A DNA stretch of 64,000 nt, from positions 333,919 to 397,918 of the forward strand of contig NW_013657650.1 in assembly GCF_000142905.1 (NCBI RefSeq), in the 5' to 3' direction. Made by a program: the position numbers and the translations under genes. Positions 63,180 to 64,000 of this stretch are shown one piece after another. Source of the stretch: Thecamonas trahens ATCC 50062. Its lineage: Eukaryota > Protista > Apusomonadida. The notes under the pieces were generated by a model. It was not told the origin of the DNA and did not search any database. It saw only the letters and a program-made list of their open reading frames with translations. Within the stretch, counting starts at the first letter, position 1; every line of letters begins with the position of its first letter.

Positions 63180-64000
63180 TTTGTGGTTCGTGGGACAGGC
63201 GGCAGCGCCTGTCGTGGGACCGCCGGCAACGACGGCGGCACAGGCATCGATGTCAGTCCATCCTTGGCAAGCGAGGTAGAGTGAGAGCTCGAGGCTGGAG
63301 TCTCGCCCGCGCTCGAGTTTGAGCTCGAGCTCGAGGTCGAGCTCGGGGAGCCACTTGGGGCTTGAGCTGCGGGCGAGCCAGAGTCGGAGCTCGACTCGAG
63401 GAACCGCTCGTGGATGTGGTGGATGGGCGTGACAATCTCCGGGTGCTCCAGATCCAGGACATGGCGAGAGACGAGGGCAAGGAAGGCCTCGTCGCGAATA
63501 CAGAGCTCGACAGCGTCGGCTGCCTCGGCGTCCTCGACAAGGCGGCCAGAGCGGTGGAACTTGACGGCGGCGCCAAGCTCCTCGAGAGCGGCAGCAAGGA
63601 GCGCAAGGAGCGACAGGCCTATGGCGGTAGCCGCGACGACGGCGACGGCAGCGTACGAGGTCGAGGTGGGAAAGTTGTCGGCCCAGAAGAGGATGCCGCA
63701 AGTGAGGAGGATGATGATGGCGAGGCTGAGCCGCTCCTCGAGGGTGTTGTGGACGGGAAAGTAGAACGGCTGGTGCTTGATCTGAAAGACACCAAAGGCG
63801 AGAAAGATTGCGAGAAGGGCGCCGAAGAGCCAGACTTCGACTCGCGAGAAGAAGAGAGCGGCCGAGACAATCATCAGTCGCTTCATCAGCTGGGCCACCT
63901 CGTACCAGTGATACTTTGTGCGGTACGACATGTAGATAGGTCCGTATCGGAGCTGAACCTCAACCTCACCGAGGGCGTAGCGATTGCGCCAGAGGACAAT
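63176..64000 (-). CDS. 3' end of a multi-pass membrane protein (same broad TM family as 33746-39508); extends beyond the window
   Basis: RYGPIYMSYRTKYHWYEVAQLMKRL..., QIKHQPFYFPVHNTLE, four hydrophobic helices; frame stays open to the window edge. Confidence 0.85.
   Translation of the reverse strand: MVLWRNRYALGEVEVQLRYGPIYMSYRTKYHWYEVAQLMKRLMIVSAALFFSRVEVWLFGALLAIFLAFGVFQIKHQPFYFPVHNTLEERLSLAIIILLTCGILFWADNFPTSTSYAAVAVVAATAIGLSLLALLAAALEELGAAVKFHRSGRLVEDAEAADAVELCIRDEAFLALVSRHVLDLEHPEIVTPIHHIHERFLESSSDSGSPAAQAPSGSPSSTSSSSSNSSAGETPASSSHSTSLAKDGLTSMPVPPSLPAVPRQALPPVPRTTN

Noticed and set aside
1-64000. tRNA, rRNA or transposable element genes
   Set aside because: No cloverleaf, rRNA, transposase or reverse transcriptase signatures seen by eye; a covariance-model scan would be needed to exclude small ncRNAs.

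Overview
GC-rich, gene-dense, intron-poor genomic DNA from a unicellular eukaryote in a draft assembly with four N gaps. Spliceosomal introns (GTAYG...YAG) and genes such as RAD23, ARP4 and NDUFA9 show it is nuclear DNA. Composition and gene families suggest an apusomonad such as Thecamonas (inference only). About 25 protein genes are supported: AMT/GcvT, FolD, a ~4,400 aa HECTD4-like E3 ligase, two JmjC oxygenases with N-terminal hydrophobic leaders, a GAF-GAF phosphodiesterase, an HD hydrolase, ARP4, a large multi-pass receptor-like protein, mitochondrial Obg, a patatin, a PH-PH-SH3 protein, NDUFA9, RAD23, NDUFAF8, an ANK-WW-RING protein, a CLoG1-like protein and an O-fucosyltransferase. No RNA genes, transposons or CRISPR arrays were recognised. 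The four most notable observations: (1) a BRCT-BRCT-WGR protein carrying a macroH2A-type macrodomain in place of a PARP catalytic domain; (2) GcvT and FolD in the same frame, separated by a single TAG; (3) nine frame breaks in five genes, all in the -1 direction (probably sequencing error, but testable); (4) sense-strand poly-C tracts marking most gene 5' ends.
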